Positions 30,204 through 41,570 are shown, counted from the first letter of the stretch. The stretch: DNA of 64,000 nucleotides from an uncultured Gammaproteobacteria bacterium (GCA_964404855.1 CAYOLO010000002.1:131494-195493); one strand, 5' to 3'. Notes: a model not told the origin generated them from the sequence alone. A program made the numbers and translations.

Positions 30204-31486
30204 TATTTCAAAAAGCCTTCGTAGTTACGGCTAATCATCAGGCTTTCGACCTGTTTACTGGTTTCGAGAGCGACCGAGACTAAAATAAGCACACTGGTTC
30301 CACCAATAACAAGAGATGTGATTCCAGTAATGTTTTGAGCGATTGAAGGTAATATTGCAATGGTTCCCAAAAATAGCGCTCCAAAAAGTGTAATACGAAT
30401 ATTTATATAATCTAGGTATTTCTTGGTTTGCTCACCCGGTCTGATTCCTGGGATAAATCCACCATTTTTCATTAAGTTTTCGGTGATTTGTTTGGTGTTA
30501 AAAGCGACGGTCGAATAAAAATATGTAAAACCGACAACAAGACCAAAATAAGTCAAATTGTAAGCTACAGAGCTAGGTGAAAAAAACTGCACTATCTTGG
30601 CAGAAAAACCTGCTAAGGCTGGATTGGTCGAACCTTGGAGGAATTGCGCAAGAGTTGTGGGTAACAAAACTAAAGAGACGGCAAAAATAATTGGAATAAC
30701 CCCTGTTTGGTTGACCCTAAGTGGTAAATAACTATTCTGAGTAACAGTGCGACCACCGTAGCTTCTTTTGGAAAAATGAACCGGAATCTGTCTACGGCCT
30801 TCGTTGACAAGGACAATACCTAGAATAACCATAAGTGCAACCACTAGCATAATTAAAATGGTAGTAAATTGAACCTGGTCGATAACCTGAGCTTGTTGAA
30901 AAACAGTAATCGGAAGCCTGGCAACAATACCTGCAAAAATAATCATAGAAATACCATTACCGATTCCTTTTTCAGTAATCAGCTCTCCGAGCCACATTAG
31001 GAATATCGTGCCAGCTGTAAGAGTCGCAATAACTGAAAATAGATCAAAGACTGAAAGTGCTGAAATAATTCCTTGATTACGAAGAAGTACATAGACACCA
31101 AATGCCTGCATTATGGCTAGAGGAACAGTAAGATACCTTGTGTAAAGAGTAATTTTTTCTCGGCCGTAATTACCTTCTTTGGCCAACTCTTCGAGTTTAG
31201 GAAAGACCATTTGCAGTAGCTGCATAATGATTGAAGAGTTGATGTAAGGATTGAGACCAAGGGATAAGACCGAAAAGTTGGCTAAGGTTCCACCACTAAA
31301 AACATCCAAAAGAGATAAGAGTTGATTGCCTCCAAAAAGGTTTTTAAGATTGGCAGAGTCAACACCAGGAACTGGGACAAAAGCAAAAATACGGAAAATT
31401 ACAAGTATTAGCAGTGTAAAAAGAATACGATTTCGAAGCTCTTTAACCTTGAGTGCTCGGGCAATAACAGAAAAGATTTTTTGCAT
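30203..31486 (-). CDS. secY: preprotein translocase SecY
   Basis: [22 protein letters not shown]. Confidence 0.98.
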   Translation of the reverse strand: MQKIFSVIARALKVKELRNRILFTLLILVIFRIFAFVPVPGVDSANLKNLFGGNQLLSLLDVFSGGTLANFSVLSLGLNPYINSSIIMQLLQMVFPKLEELAKEGNYGREKITLYTRYLTVPLAIMQAFGVYVLLRNQGIISALSVFDLFSVIATLTAGTIFLMWLGELITEKGIGNGISMIIFAGIVARLPITVFQQAQVIDQVQFTTILIMLVVALMVILGIVLVNEGRRQIPVHFSKRSYGGRTVTQNSYLPLRVNQTGVIPIIFAVSLVLLPTTLAQFLQGSTNPALAGFSAKIVQFFSPSSVAYNLTYFGLVVGFTYFYSTVAFNTKQITENLMKNGGFIPGIRPGEQTKKYLDYINIRITLFGALFLGTIAILPSIAQNITGITSLVIGGTSVLILVSVALETSKQVESLMISRNYEGFLK

Positions 31487-31489
31487 TAA

Positions 31490-32026
31490 TTATTTTTTCT
31501 TTTTCGGGCTTGTCTTTTTTTCGCCCTTAGTAGAATTCTTGTCGGTTTTGGTTGTTTCGTCAACTTCGACTTTTGGTTCAATATCCTTAACTTCAACGGT
31601 TTTGGGTTCGTATATTCCTCCAGCCTTGGTTATAGCAATAATGGCTGTTTTGGTCGCAGGAACCTTTACCGTAAGCGAAACAGTTAATTTGCCATTTGAA
31701 AGAATTTTAACCTGTTGTTTGCGAGTGATGATTTTTTCTTTAACTAAAAATTCTTTATCAATAACTGTGCCGACTGGATATTTTGACAAAGCTGTAAGTG
31801 AAATAAGATATGGCTTAAGACTTACTGGAGTATTACCTTTACCTCTAAGATAGGGCAATCTCTTAGTTAGCGGTCTTTGTCCACCTTCGTAATGTGAGTG
31901 TCTAATTGTAAGTGGATTACGAGCGTTTTGACCTTTGTAACCACGACCACCAGTTTTTACCTTACCCGAGCCGTGACCTTGACCTTTTCTTTTTTTTGAT
32001 TTGGTAACTATTCTTACAGTTGTCAT
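31490..32026 (-). CDS. rplO: 50S ribosomal protein L15 (charged C-terminal extension)
   Basis: GHGSGK, KGQNAR, EGGQRPL. Confidence 0.93.
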   Translation of the reverse strand: MTTVRIVTKSKKRKGQGHGSGKVKTGGRGYKGQNARNPLTIRHSHYEGGQRPLTKRLPYLRGKGNTPVSLKPYLISLTALSKYPVGTVIDKEFLVKEKIITRKQQVKILSNGKLTVSLTVKVPATKTAIIAITKAGGIYEPKTVEVKDIEPKVEVDETTKTDKNSTKGEKKTSPKKKK

Positions 32027-32652
32027 TACTTTTTAGTTTTCTTTGTAGTTTTAGGAGCTGTTTCTTTTTCAGAGGTTTCGGTTTTTTTCTCAACTTTTGC
32101 AGCTTGGGTTTTGACTTTGATTGGCCTGGGTTTAAGTCTAGATAAACCAAGCAGTGTAGCTTGAACATTTGAGGCTTTGTTGTTGGTACCGAGAACTTTT
32201 GAAGAAATACTCAAAACACCGGCGGCTTCCACAACTGAACGAACTGCACCCCCAGCTATAACACCAGATCCAGCTGGAGCCGGCTTAAGGAGAATTTTTG
32301 CTGCACCTTCTTTAATATAAATTTCGTGAGGAATAGTTCCATTAATAAGTGGAACAGTGATTAGATGTTTTTTGGCGTAAGTTGAGCCTTTTCTGATAGC
32401 TGAAGAAACATCGGGAGCTTTACCAAGACCAACTCCGACTCTACCTTTGCGGTCACCGACAACTACTAGAGCAGTAAAACCCATTTTATTGCCACCAGTT
32501 GTTTTTTTGGAAACACGACGAATATGAACAATTTTTTCCTCAAACTCACTAGGGGCCTGTTGAAATTGAGAATTATCTCTGCGATTACGATTGTTACCGC
32601 GATTGTTATTAAAATTTGAATTTTGGCCTTGGCCTGAGTTGTTGCTTTGCAT
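32026..32652 (-). CDS. rpsE: 30S ribosomal protein S5
   Basis: ALVVVGD, GSGVIAGG. Confidence 0.97.
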   Translation of the reverse strand: MQSNNSGQGQNSNFNNNRGNNRNRRDNSQFQQAPSEFEEKIVHIRRVSKKTTGGNKMGFTALVVVGDRKGRVGVGLGKAPDVSSAIRKGSTYAKKHLITVPLINGTIPHEIYIKEGAAKILLKPAPAGSGVIAGGAVRSVVEAAGVLSISSKVLGTNNKASNVQATLLGLSRLKPRPIKVKTQAAKVEKKTETSEKETAPKTTKKTKK

Positions 32653-32656
32653 AGTT

Positions 32657-33016
32657 TTAAAAATTTAACCCTCCAGCACGAGCAGCTTCAGCTAAAGCTT
32701 TGACTCTGCCGTGGTAAAGGTTACCACCCCTGTCAAAAACAACAGAAGTTATTTTTTTCTCAGCAAGTTTTTTGGCGATTTCTGTGCCAACTGCCTGAGC
32801 TTTTTCGCTTTTGGTTGATTTGGTTAATTTGATATCGCTAGCTTGAGCAAGAGTAACGCGGTTTAGGTCATCAATTGCTTGGGCTGAAATATGCTGATTT
32901 GATCGAAAAACCGCCAAACGAGGACGCTCTGGTGTACCAATAATTCTGGCACGAACCCTGCGATGTCTTTTTTCGCGATGAACTATTTTGCTGTTTGTCG
33001 ATAATTGATTTTTCAT
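32657..33016 (-). CDS. rplR: 50S ribosomal protein L18
   Basis: [22 protein letters not shown]. Confidence 0.97.
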   Translation of the reverse strand: MKNQLSTNSKIVHREKRHRRVRARIIGTPERPRLAVFRSNQHISAQAIDDLNRVTLAQASDIKLTKSTKSEKAQAVGTEIAKKLAEKKITSVVFDRGGNLYHGRVKALAEAARAGGLNF

Positions 33017-33021
33017 ATTTT

Positions 33022-33564
33022 TTAGGCTGCGGCTTTTGCGGCTTTACCTGATTTGCGGCGTACATACTCACCAACATAGCGAATACCTTTACCTTTGTAA
33101 GGTTCTGGTTTACGTTTCTTGCGAATATCTGCTGCGACTTGACCAACGACTGTTTTGTCTATACCAGAAACAATAACTCGATTCTCGGCCGTGGCAAATT
33201 CTATACCCTCAGGTGCGATTATTTCAACTGGATGAGAAAATCCTAAAGAAAGAACAAGTTTATTGCCTTGAACATTGGCTCTGTATCCGACACCGATTAG
33301 CTCAAGTTCTTTTTTCCAAGCTTCTGAAACACCAGTAATCATGTTAAAAACTAGAGAACGGTACAGTCCATGCATACTTTTGGCGGTTTTGGATTCTGAA
33401 CTGCGCTCAACTAAAATTTCGGTATCATTAATGACAATTTTTGCTTCAGGGCGAACGAGTAAACTCAAACTTCCTTTTGGTCCGGTAATCGTAAGATTCC
33501 TGCCGTCTAAAACAGCGGTAACCCCAGATGGTATTGTAATTGGTTTCTGACCGATTTTTGACAT
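33022..33564 (-). CDS. rplF: 50S ribosomal protein L6
   Basis: [17 protein letters not shown]. Confidence 0.98.
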   Translation of the reverse strand: MSKIGQKPITIPSGVTAVLDGRNLTITGPKGSLSLLVRPEAKIVINDTEILVERSSESKTAKSMHGLYRSLVFNMITGVSEAWKKELELIGVGYRANVQGNKLVLSLGFSHPVEIIAPEGIEFATAENRVIVSGIDKTVVGQVAADIRKKRKPEPYKGKGIRYVGEYVRRKSGKAAKAAA

Positions 33565-33570
33565 AAATAT

Positions 33571-33957
33571 TTAACTTACTTTACAAATTATTTCTCCACC
33601 GAGTTTTTTAGTGCGGGCTTTTCTGCCAGTCATTAACCCTTGAGGGGTTGAAATAATGACATCTCCAAGTCCTGATCTGACGAATGGAATACTCTTGTGG
33701 TCTTTATAAACTCTAATTGATGGGCTAGATACTCTTTTTATTTCGTTGAGTACAGGTGTTTTATCCTCGTTGTATTTAAGGGTCACAAGAATCTCTTTGT
33801 CGTTTTTGATTTTGGAATCAAGCACAAAACCAAGCTCAGTTAAAACCGAACCGATAGCGGCTTTGGCTTTTGAGTTGCGAACAACAACATTTTTTTTGCG
33901 AGCCATATATCCGTTACGGATAATGGTCAACATATCTGCAATTGGGTCGTTAATCAT
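33571..33957 (-). CDS. rpsH: 30S ribosomal protein S8
   Basis: DPIADML, ISTPQG, GGEI. Confidence 0.97.
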   Translation of the reverse strand: MINDPIADMLTIIRNGYMARKKNVVVRNSKAKAAIGSVLTELGFVLDSKIKNDKEILVTLKYNEDKTPVLNEIKRVSSPSIRVYKDHKSIPFVRSGLGDVIISTPQGLMTGRKARTKKLGGEIICKVS

Positions 33958-33964
33958 AGTTTGT

Positions 33965-34147
33965 TTACCAAGAAGCCTTTCTGACTCCCGGGAGTTCTCC
34001 TTTTACGGCATACATTCTAAAGCAAAGTCTGCAAAGGCCAAATTTGCGCAAATAAGCTCTTGGTCTTCCGCAACGCATACAACGGTTTGGCTCACGAGTT
34101 GCGAGCTGAGGCTTTTTGCTTTTTGCTATTTTACTTACTTTTGCCAT
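33965..34147 (-). CDS. rpsN: 30S ribosomal protein S14 (Zn-binding type)
   Basis: CMRCGR...[13 protein letters not shown]. Confidence 0.97.
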   Translation of the reverse strand: MAKVSKIAKSKKPQLATREPNRCMRCGRPRAYLRKFGLCRLCFRMYAVKGELPGVRKASW

Positions 34148-34150
34148 ATT

Positions 34151-34702
34151 TTAGTTATTTTCTTTTTTCTCAAAAGGCATACCAAGAGCCTCAAGTAGTT
34201 TGCGTGCAGCTGGTATTTCTTTTGTCGAGGTGGTTAAAGTTACTTGAAGACCGCGGACTTTGTCAATTTGGGAATATTCAATTTCTGGGAACAAGATCTG
34301 TTCTTTGATTCCAAGACTGAAATTTGCTTCCTTATCAAAGGCTTTGTCTGAAATACCTCTAAAGTCACGTACACGAGGCAAAACAATATTAAAAAGTCTA
34401 TCCAAGAAATCGTACATTCTTTCACCGCGCAAGGTAACCTTGACTCCAATAGCTTGACCTTGACGAAGCTTAAAAGTCGAAATCGATTTTTTAGCTTTGG
34501 TAGCAATTGGTTTTTGTCCAGAAATAAGTGTGATTTGTTCAAGTACTTTGTCGATAACACCAGCATTACCTGTTGCTTCCCCCAAAGAAACATTAATCGT
34601 CACTTTTTCGATGTAAGGAATAGCCATCGTGTTTTTGATACCAAATTCCTTGGCAAGTTCTGGGGCTATTTCTTTGCGATATTTTTCTTTTAGTTGGTTC
34701 AT
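34151..34702 (-). CDS. rplE: 50S ribosomal protein L5
   Basis: ISGQKP, KVTLRG, LPRVRDFRG. Confidence 0.98.
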   Translation of the reverse strand: MNQLKEKYRKEIAPELAKEFGIKNTMAIPYIEKVTINVSLGEATGNAGVIDKVLEQITLISGQKPIATKAKKSISTFKLRQGQAIGVKVTLRGERMYDFLDRLFNIVLPRVRDFRGISDKAFDKEANFSLGIKEQILFPEIEYSQIDKVRGLQVTLTTSTKEIPAARKLLEALGMPFEKKENN

Positions 34703-34704
34703 TT

Positions 34705-35016
34705 TTATATTTTTTCTTTGGTTTTGGAACTAATACGGATTTTTTTACCGTTCTCAGTTATAAAACTAACCCTGGTAGCCTTATTGGTTTTGGGATCAAT
34801 AATTGCGATATTACCAAAAGGTAGTGCTCGGGAGAACTCCACAATTTGTGAAGGTCTTTGTGGGTCGAGGCTTTTTTTGTGTTTTTTGTATAGATTAACT
34901 CCACCAACAACAGCAGACAGTTTGTCGCGATTGATTTTAACAATCGAACCTGTTTTGCCTTTGTCTTTTCCGGCGGTAACTATTACTTTATCGTTGATTC
35001 TAAATTTTAGTGCCAT
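34705..35016 (-). CDS. rplX: 50S ribosomal protein L24
   Basis: KOW motif AGKDKGKTG. Confidence 0.95.
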   Translation of the reverse strand: MALKFRINDKVIVTAGKDKGKTGSIVKINRDKLSAVVGGVNLYKKHKKSLDPQRPSQIVEFSRALPFGNIAIIDPKTNKATRVSFITENGKKIRISSKTKEKI

Positions 35017-35020
35017 AGTT

Positions 35021-35389
35021 TTATATAACCTCCGGTGCTAATGAAATAATTTTTGAGAATCCTTTTTCGCGTAATTCTCTGGCAACTGGGCCAAAAATAC
35101 GAGTACCGATTGGATTCTTGTCTTTGTCGATTACAACTGCAGCGTTTTCAGAGAAACGAATATAGCTACCATCTGGACGTCTTACTTCTTTTCTGGTCCT
35201 AACCAGTACGGCTTTGACAACTTCGTGGGATTTGACGGTACCATTAGGATCAGCCTTCTTGACCGAAGCAGTAATAACATCACCAATTGAGGCAAATCTT
35301 TTTCCTGATCCACCACCAACATGAATAACTGCCAAATCTTTAGCACCTGAGTTATCGGCTACAACTAGTCTTGAACGGTGTTGGATCAT
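35021..35389 (-). CDS. rplN: 50S ribosomal protein L14
   Basis: [22 protein letters not shown]. Confidence 0.98.
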   Translation of the reverse strand: MIQHRSRLVVADNSGAKDLAVIHVGGGSGKRFASIGDVITASVKKADPNGTVKSHEVVKAVLVRTRKEVRRPDGSYIRFSENAAVVIDKDKNPIGTRIFGPVARELREKGFSKIISLAPEVI

Positions 35390-35619
35390 TTGGCAACAAC
35401 CTCCAATACTTTAAAGAACTTATTTTTGGAAATAGGCTTAACTGATTCGATAATAACGGTTTGTCCGATTTTGGCTCCAATAGTATTGTCAGCCAAAAAC
35501 TTTTTGTGAGATTTGATTCTCTTGCCGTATTTTGGATGTGTTTTGATCGTTTCGATCCTAACACTTGCTGTGCCAGTCATTTTGTCAGATGTAACGATAC
35601 CTTTAAATGTTTTTTTCAT
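35386..35619 (-). CDS. rpsQ: 30S ribosomal protein S17
   Basis: SDKM, HPKYGK, PISK. Confidence 0.95.
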   Translation of the reverse strand: MKKTFKGIVTSDKMTGTASVRIETIKTHPKYGKRIKSHKKFLADNTIGAKIGQTVIIESVKPISKNKFFKVLEVVAK

Positions 35620-35624
35620 ACTAT

Positions 35625-35867
35625 TTACTTTTTCAAGCTTGCAATTATGCGTGAAGCATTAAGTTTGGTCAAGGTGCGAGCTACTTCCTTCTTTTGCTTG
35701 TGGATAAGGCTGGTGTTTTTGATGCGACCAAGTTTGAGCTGAAGTTTGGTTTCAACTGCAGTTTTTCTCTGATCATGAACAATCCCATGTAGTGCCTTAA
35801 GCCCTGACTCGGACTTATTCTCATTTTTATTTTCAATTTTTGTTTCGGTTTTTTTTGTAGTTGCCAT
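35625..35867 (-). CDS. rpmC: 50S ribosomal protein L29 (divergent)
   Basis: Position between rplP and rpsQ; KNTSLI...KKEVARTLT. Confidence 0.85.
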   Translation of the reverse strand: MATTKKTETKIENKNENKSESGLKALHGIVHDQRKTAVETKLQLKLGRIKNTSLIHKQKKEVARTLTKLNASRIIASLKK

Positions 35868-35874
35868 ATATTTA

Positions 35875-36291
35875 TTAATTTATTTCGTGCTTTTCGACAA
35901 AAACAGTTTTGACTGGAAGCTTGTGAGCAGCAAGACGCATTGCTTCTTTTGCAACAACTTTGTCGACTGCGGCCATTTCAAAAAGCATCATTCCTGGCTT
36001 AACAACGGCTGCGTGCATGTAAACGTCACCTTTTCCAGAACCCATACGAACCTCAAGTGGTTTTTTGGTAATTGGTTTATTTGGAAAAATACGAATCCAG
36101 ATACGACCACCACGCTTTGTGTAATGAGTCATTGCACGACGAGCGGCTTCGATTTGACGATTAGTAATCCAAGCAGCTTCGAGTGATTTGAGTCCGAATT
36201 CACCAAAAGCAACCGTGTTGCGTCGCGTTGCGACACCTCGACGTTTGCCGCGGAACTCTTTACGAAATTTTTGTTTCTTAGGTTGCAACAT
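35875..36291 (-). CDS. rplP: 50S ribosomal protein L16
   Basis: QIEAAR, RMGSGKG. Confidence 0.98.
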   Translation of the reverse strand: MLQPKKQKFRKEFRGKRRGVATRRNTVAFGEFGLKSLEAAWITNRQIEAARRAMTHYTKRGGRIWIRIFPNKPITKKPLEVRMGSGKGDVYMHAAVVKPGMMLFEMAAVDKVVAKEAMRLAAHKLPVKTVFVEKHEIN

Positions 36292-36293
36292 AA

Positions 36294-36935
36294 TTATTGA
36301 TTTTCTTGACCTCTAAAAATCCAAACTTTTACTCCAACAAGACCTGCTTTGGTTGGTGCTCCAATTGAAGCAAAATCAATGTCGGCCTTAATTGTTTGAA
36401 GGGGAATACTACCAAATTTTCCAGACTCTTTGCGAGCAATTTCTGCACCACCAAGTCGCCCTGAAAGAATAATTTTGCCACCTTTGGCGCCAGATCTTTG
36501 GATTCTTTCTAGTGAAGAGCCTATAACTCTTTTGTGTGGAATTCTTTTTGCTAATTGTTCTGCACAGCTAATTGCAATAAGTTTTGCATCAAGATCAGGA
36601 TTTTTTATTTCTTCAACTCTAAATTCCATTTTGCCTTCGTCTTTGAGTTTAAGTTTTTTCATTAACTGTTTTTTGGTCTCTTCAAGACCTGTTCCGCCAC
36701 GACCAATCACAATACCTGGCCGGGAAACAAAAACAGTAATAGTTCGTTTATCAAATGATCTTTCGATTTCGATTTTGGAAAGTCCGGCTGGTTTTAGGCG
36801 AATGTCTAAAAATTCTCTGGTTGCACGATCTTCGGCAAGAAGATCTTTGTAGTCAGCATCTCTTGAGAACCAACGGGATGACCAGTCTTTGTTAATACCT
36901 GTTCGAAATGAAATTGGATGTACTTTTTGTCCCAT
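36294..36935 (-). CDS. rpsC: 30S ribosomal protein S3
   Basis: [23 protein letters not shown]. Confidence 0.98.
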   Translation of the reverse strand: MGQKVHPISFRTGINKDWSSRWFSRDADYKDLLAEDRATREFLDIRLKPAGLSKIEIERSFDKRTITVFVSRPGIVIGRGGTGLEETKKQLMKKLKLKDEGKMEFRVEEIKNPDLDAKLIAISCAEQLAKRIPHKRVIGSSLERIQRSGAKGGKIILSGRLGGAEIARKESGKFGSIPLQTIKADIDFASIGAPTKAGLVGVKVWIFRGQENQ

Positions 36936-36940
36936 ATTTT

Positions 36941-37384
36941 TTAGACTTTTTTAGCTTTTGTAGTTAATTTTTTAGCTGGCTTTTCGGCTAATATTTGATC
37001 GATTTCGGTTTTTTGTTTGACTTTTTTCTGTTTTTCAATCTTAATTGGAGCTTTTTGCTCTAGAGTGACACGAATATGGCTAGTGCGACGGGTATATGGA
37101 GCAGCCATACCTTTAGAACGAGCACGGAAACGTTTGAACTTAATACCCTCTTCAATAATTATCGATTTGATGACGAGATCTTCGGTTTTGGCTGATTGGT
37201 TTTTGGCATCGGCTAGTGCGGTTTTTATTACGCTTGCAATAAGATTGGCAGATTTTTGTGGCATAAAATTAAGCTCAATTAGGGCTTTTTGAGGATCGGT
37301 TGTTTTCACAGCTTTAACTACCAGACGAGCTTTTCTGGGAGAGGTTCGTGAATGTTTAGCTAGTGAAGTAAAGGTCGTGTTCAT
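36941..37384 (-). CDS. rplV: 50S ribosomal protein L22
   Basis: SPRKARL, RRTSHI. Confidence 0.96.
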   Translation of the reverse strand: MNTTFTSLAKHSRTSPRKARLVVKAVKTTDPQKALIELNFMPQKSANLIASVIKTALADAKNQSAKTEDLVIKSIIIEEGIKFKRFRARSKGMAAPYTRRTSHIRVTLEQKAPIKIEKQKKVKQKTEIDQILAEKPAKKLTTKAKKV

Positions 37385-37389
37385 TATTT

Positions 37390-37674
37390 TTAAGTCTTAG
37401 AAATAGTTCTTTGGGTAATTTTGCCGTGACCTTTGAATGTTCTGGTTGGAGAGAACTCGCCCAAGCGGTGACCAACCATTGATTCATTAATAAATACTGA
37501 CAAATGTTTGCGACCATTGTGGACCAAAAATGTCCAACCGACGAACTCCGGCGCAATTTGCGAATCGCGAGCCCAAGTTTTGATTGGGTCTTTAGTACCG
37601 GCAGCTTTCTGTCGGTTTATTTTTTTCATTAGTTTTTCGTCGACGTATGGTCCTTTTTTAATTGAACGACTCAT
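37390..37674 (-). CDS. rpsS: 30S ribosomal protein S19
   Basis: [16 protein letters not shown]. Confidence 0.98.
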   Translation of the reverse strand: MSRSIKKGPYVDEKLMKKINRQKAAGTKDPIKTWARDSQIAPEFVGWTFLVHNGRKHLSVFINESMVGHRLGEFSPTRTFKGHGKITQRTISKT

Positions 37675-37676
37675 AA

Positions 37677-38507
37677 TTATTTTTTATTTCTCTTAGTAAC
37701 AATATATTTATTAGAAAACTTACGGCGGTTTCTGGTTATTTTACCCAAAGTCTTCTTACCCCACTTGCTCTTTGGTGAAGGCATACCGATTCCGGATTTT
37801 CCTTCTCCACCACCGTGTGGGTGATCAATTGGGTTTTGCGCAACACCACGAACTGAAGGTCTAATGTTTTTGTGACGACTGCGACCAGCTTTACCTAACT
37901 TGACGTTTTTAAGATCAAGATTTCCAAGCTGACCGATTGTAGCATAGGCGTCAATGTGAATTCTGCGTACTTCTCCAGATGGGAGTTTAACATTAGCGTA
38001 ACTACCTTCTTTGGATGAGATTGCTGCAAATGTACCTGCTGATCGAACTAGTTTGGCTCCAGCTCTTGGTTCTAATTCAATATTATGAATCTGTGTACCA
38101 ACAGGAATTTTGGATAATGGCAGGGAATTACCAACACGAATTGCAGCTTTTGGACCGCTTTCTATTTTGGCGTCTACCGCTAGACCAATAGGGGACAAAA
38201 TATAACGCTTGTCTCCGTCAGAGTAATTAATTAGGGAAATATCTGCAGTGCGGTTTGGATCATATTCAATCGAAACAACCCTACCAGAAACTCCAGCTTT
38301 GTTTCGCTTAAAATCTACTTTTCTAAAAAGCCGTTTGTGTCCGCCACCTTTGTGTCTGGTTGTAAGTTTTTTACCACCAGCTCGATGCCCTTTGACACTA
38401 CCCTTAGTAAGAGATCTGAGTGGACGATCTTTTGAAAGATCAGAGTTAACGATAGTACTCTTTAGACGACTGCCTGCTGTGGTTTTTTTATAAACTTTAA
38501 TAGCCAT
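37677..38507 (-). CDS. rplB: 50S ribosomal protein L2
   Basis: [17 protein letters not shown]. Confidence 0.98.
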   Translation of the reverse strand: MAIKVYKKTTAGSRLKSTIVNSDLSKDRPLRSLTKGSVKGHRAGGKKLTTRHKGGGHKRLFRKVDFKRNKAGVSGRVVSIEYDPNRTADISLINYSDGDKRYILSPIGLAVDAKIESGPKAAIRVGNSLPLSKIPVGTQIHNIELEPRAGAKLVRSAGTFAAISSKEGSYANVKLPSGEVRRIHIDAYATIGQLGNLDLKNVKLGKAGRSRHKNIRPSVRGVAQNPIDHPHGGGEGKSGIGMPSPKSKWGKKTLGKITRNRRKFSNKYIVTKRNKK

Positions 38508-38512
38508 AGTGA

Positions 38513-38845
38513 TTATTTAGTTTCTTTTTTTGGTGACTTTTTAATCTTTTTTTCTTCTTTGGGTTCTTCAAAAATACTAATTGTTTGTCCTTTCTCAACA
38601 AAAACTGTAGCTTTTTTGTAACCAGAAATAGCGATAGTTTTGCGCTTGTTGTTAACTTTGGATGATGGTTTAACGATAGAAATTGTAACTTTGGTGGCAG
38701 TAACACCGAATAGACTGTTAGCAGCGCGAGCTACTGATGTTTTGGTCGCATCAGGGTGTACCTTAAATGAATACTGTCCAAACGGATGACCCTTGAGGCT
38801 TTTTTCGGTAATTATTGGTTTTAGAATTATTTGGCTTAGTTCCAT
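38513..38845 (-). CDS. rplW: 50S ribosomal protein L23
   Basis: PIITEKS, YKKA. Confidence 0.94.
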   Translation of the reverse strand: MELSQIILKPIITEKSLKGHPFGQYSFKVHPDATKTSVARAANSLFGVTATKVTISIVKPSSKVNNKRKTIAISGYKKATVFVEKGQTISIFEEPKEEKKIKKSPKKETK

Positions 38846-39540
38846 CGTTGTGTTAAAGCTTTTAGACTATCGGGGGTAAGAATAAGAGTTGTGTTGTTGA
38901 TAAGGTTGTAAGTTGTAAGGTCGACCGCGGATTTAATCGAAACATTAGCAAGGTTTCTGGAGCCAAGCTTGAATGCTGGTTGCTTCTCATTGAGAATAAC
39001 TAAATATTTAGATGATTTGGGTAGGGAATTGATAACTTTTGCGATTTGGGCAGTTTTGGCTGGTAATGTTTCTAATCCTTTGACGGCAATTATTTTTTCT
39101 TCTGTTAGTTTTTGGCTTAGCGCTGAAGATAATGCCTTAAGACGCATTTTTTTAGGTAGTGTTTGAGTAAAGGAGTGTGTTTGTGGACCAAATGTTGTTC
39201 CTCCACCAACCCAGAGCGGAGATCTGGTTGAACCAGCTCTAGCACGACTTGTACCTTTTTGTTTCCAAGGTTTTTTACCACCACCACTGACACTGCCACG
39301 AGTCTTGGTATTAGCATTACCAGCTCTTTGGTTGGTCAAATAAACGCGCACTGCTTGAGCAATTAGTGTTTGATTAACTTTGGCGCCAAATATTTCTACA
39401 GGTACTTCGATAACTCCAGCACTCTTACCTACTAGATCAAAAACTGGAATTGATAATTTTGCAGATTTTGGTTTATCAACTGAAACAGTCTTGGTTTTTG
39501 GTGCGACCTTCTTTGTAGTGGTTTTTTTGGTTGTTTCCAT
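38836..39540 (-). CDS. rplD: 50S ribosomal protein L4
   Basis: KPWKQKGTSRARAG. Confidence 0.97.
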   Translation of the reverse strand: METTKKTTTKKVAPKTKTVSVDKPKSAKLSIPVFDLVGKSAGVIEVPVEIFGAKVNQTLIAQAVRVYLTNQRAGNANTKTRGSVSGGGKKPWKQKGTSRARAGSTRSPLWVGGGTTFGPQTHSFTQTLPKKMRLKALSSALSQKLTEEKIIAVKGLETLPAKTAQIAKVINSLPKSSKYLVILNEKQPAFKLGSRNLANVSIKSAVDLTTYNLINNTTLILTPDSLKALTQRWN

Positions 39541-39545
39541 AGTAA

Positions 39546-40409
39546 TTATTTGACCTCTTTATCTGTTTCTTCTTGTGGAGTGGGGGAGTCTGAAGAATTT
39601 TCTGCAGGAGTTTCTGTTACTACTGTCTCCACTGTTTCACTACCCTCTTCGGTGGATTTTTCTTCGACTTGCTCTTGGCTTTCCCCTGCTGTGTTTTCTG
39701 CTTCAACTGCTTCTGTTTCTATTGCCTGCTCTTCAGCTGGCTCCTCTATCGCCTGCTCTTCAACATGAGCCTCAACGAGAGGTTTTTTGGATCCGACTTT
39801 TTCAATTAAAAGCAATGAGTTTGGCGCTCCAGGAATAGCACCTTTAACTAAAAGAAGATTGTTTTCTGTATCAACATCGTAGACAACGATACCTGATACG
39901 GTTTTTCTGGCGGAACCTGTGTGTCCGGCCATTTTTTTACCTTTGTAGACTCTTCCAGGGGTGGTTGTTTGACCGATTGATCCAGGCGCTCTTTCGCGAT
40001 CGGATTGACCATGAGTACGAGGACCACCAGCAAAACCCCATCTTTTGACTACTCCTGCAAACCCTTTACCGCGACTAGTGCCGGTAACTTTTAGAAGGTC
40101 ACCTGATGCAAAATCAGCGACACTAAGCTCGGCTCCAATCGATTGAGAGTTGTCATCTATTTCTTTGACGCGGAATTCTCTAACAGTTTTGGGGACAAAT
40201 TTAAGATCTTTGTAGCCTTTTTTTTGTGGATCTTTAGGTTTTTTGGCAATTCCGGCTCCAACTTGAAGTGCAACATATCCGTCTTTTTCTATTAAACGGT
40301 GGCCAACGACTAAATTAGGCGTAGCAGTAATTACTGTCACTGGTACAGCATTACCACGCGAATCGAAACGCGTTATCATGTTTTTCTTTTTGCCAATTAT
40401 TACTTGCAT
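39546..40409 (-). CDS. rplC: 50S ribosomal protein L3 with long acidic C-terminal tail
   Basis: GKGFAGVVKRW, RAPGSIG, KGKKMAG. Confidence 0.97.
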   Translation of the reverse strand: MQVIIGKKKNMITRFDSRGNAVPVTVITATPNLVVGHRLIEKDGYVALQVGAGIAKKPKDPQKKGYKDLKFVPKTVREFRVKEIDDNSQSIGAELSVADFASGDLLKVTGTSRGKGFAGVVKRWGFAGGPRTHGQSDRERAPGSIGQTTTPGRVYKGKKMAGHTGSARKTVSGIVVYDVDTENNLLLVKGAIPGAPNSLLLIEKVGSKKPLVEAHVEEQAIEEPAEEQAIETEAVEAENTAGESQEQVEEKSTEEGSETVETVVTETPAENSSDSPTPQEETDKEVK

Positions 40410-40527
40410 TTTTTTATTTGTATTTCAAAACGGAAGCAGACTTCCTTAGTATTTGATAAGGCTGTCTGCGTCAAAACTATCGAACAATATTAGATATGGT
40501 GGCGTCTAAATTTAACTAGACGCGATT

Positions 40528-40836
40528 TTACATCTTGAGCTCGATGTCGATACCAGCAGGAAGCTGGAGATTCGTCAAAGAGTCTATCGTCTTACCAGTT
40601 GGTTCGATGATGTCGATGAGGCGCTTGTGAGTACGGACTTCAAAATGCTCTTGTGCATCCTTGTGGGTATGCGGAGACTTCAGGACTGTATATCGCCTGA
40701 CTTTGGTCGGCAGCGGGATCGGACCGACGATTTTAGCACCGGTTGATACAGCTGTGTTTAAGATTTCACGACAAGTCTGATCAATAACCCGACTGTCGTA
40801 ACTTTTTAAACGAACTCTAATTCTGCCTTTTGGCAT
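40528..40836 (-). CDS. rpsJ: 30S ribosomal protein S10
   Basis: GPIPLPT, RTHKRLIDI. Confidence 0.98.
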   Translation of the reverse strand: MPKGRIRVRLKSYDSRVIDQTCREILNTAVSTGAKIVGPIPLPTKVRRYTVLKSPHTHKDAQEHFEVRTHKRLIDIIEPTGKTIDSLTNLQLPAGIDIELKM

Positions 40837-41051
40837 ATTAATTTGCTTTTTTTATTTTTTAAAAACTTAATAGGCGAGTTTTATTCTCGCGTAAGGCGAG
40901 ATTTTATACCAGTTAAATATAAAATGCAACCAAGGTAATTATGACTTTTTTGTTTGGCAAAAGCGATGTTAACCAAAAGACAGGCAATGAAAAAGGCCGA
41001 CCATCTGAATTAAAGATGACCGGCCTAGGGAATTGGAGCGAAAGGGCGCTA

Positions 41052-41570
41052 CTAGCCGACAGGTGCGGCGAGGATTTGGTTGGTGAATTCTACTGGAGAG
41101 ACCGCGCGGAACGCGACTCCTCCAGGGTACTTGAGCTCACCGCCGTCAGGTGCTACTCGCATCACGACCATCATCTCGTCTCGAGTGACGATGAACGAGG
41201 CGTGGGCGGCAAGATACTCCGAGCCTACCTCGAAGACCGTGTGTGTGCCGAGTCTGTCGAAGCTGGCGTGGTGCTCACGAAGATATACCATCGAGATGAC
41301 ACCTTCGGTGACGACGACGAACTTCTCGTCTTGGCCGAGTTGCCAGCGAGGGTTGTTGAGATCGTTTTGGATGTTTCGGAAGTCCGAAGAGCTAAGCGCT
41401 CCCCAGCCAATCCGACGGCCGTCAGTGTTGTACCAAACGGCATCAGCGACGACGACCTCGAATCCTGTCCTTTTTTGGCCGAGGACTAAGCCCCCAAAAG
41501 GAGCGCCGAAGTCGCTTTCCGGATCAATGTCCGGATCGATCATGCCAGGACTGAGCTTTACGGTAAGAAT
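41052..41570 (-). CDS. GC-rich hypothetical protein (cassette 1); start ATT 41570 or ATG 41543
   Basis: Open frame; GGAG 7 nt before in-frame ATT; own promoter at 41641-41669 and terminator at ~40991-41027. Confidence 0.7.
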   Translation of the reverse strand: MLTVKLSPGMIDPDIDPESDFGAPFGGLVLGQKRTGFEVVVADAVWYNTDGRRIGWGALSSSDFRNIQNDLNNPRWQLGQDEKFVVVTEGVISMVYLREHHASFDRLGTHTVFEVGSEYLAAHASFIVTRDEMMVVMRVAPDGGELKYPGGVAFRAVSPVEFTNQILAAPVG

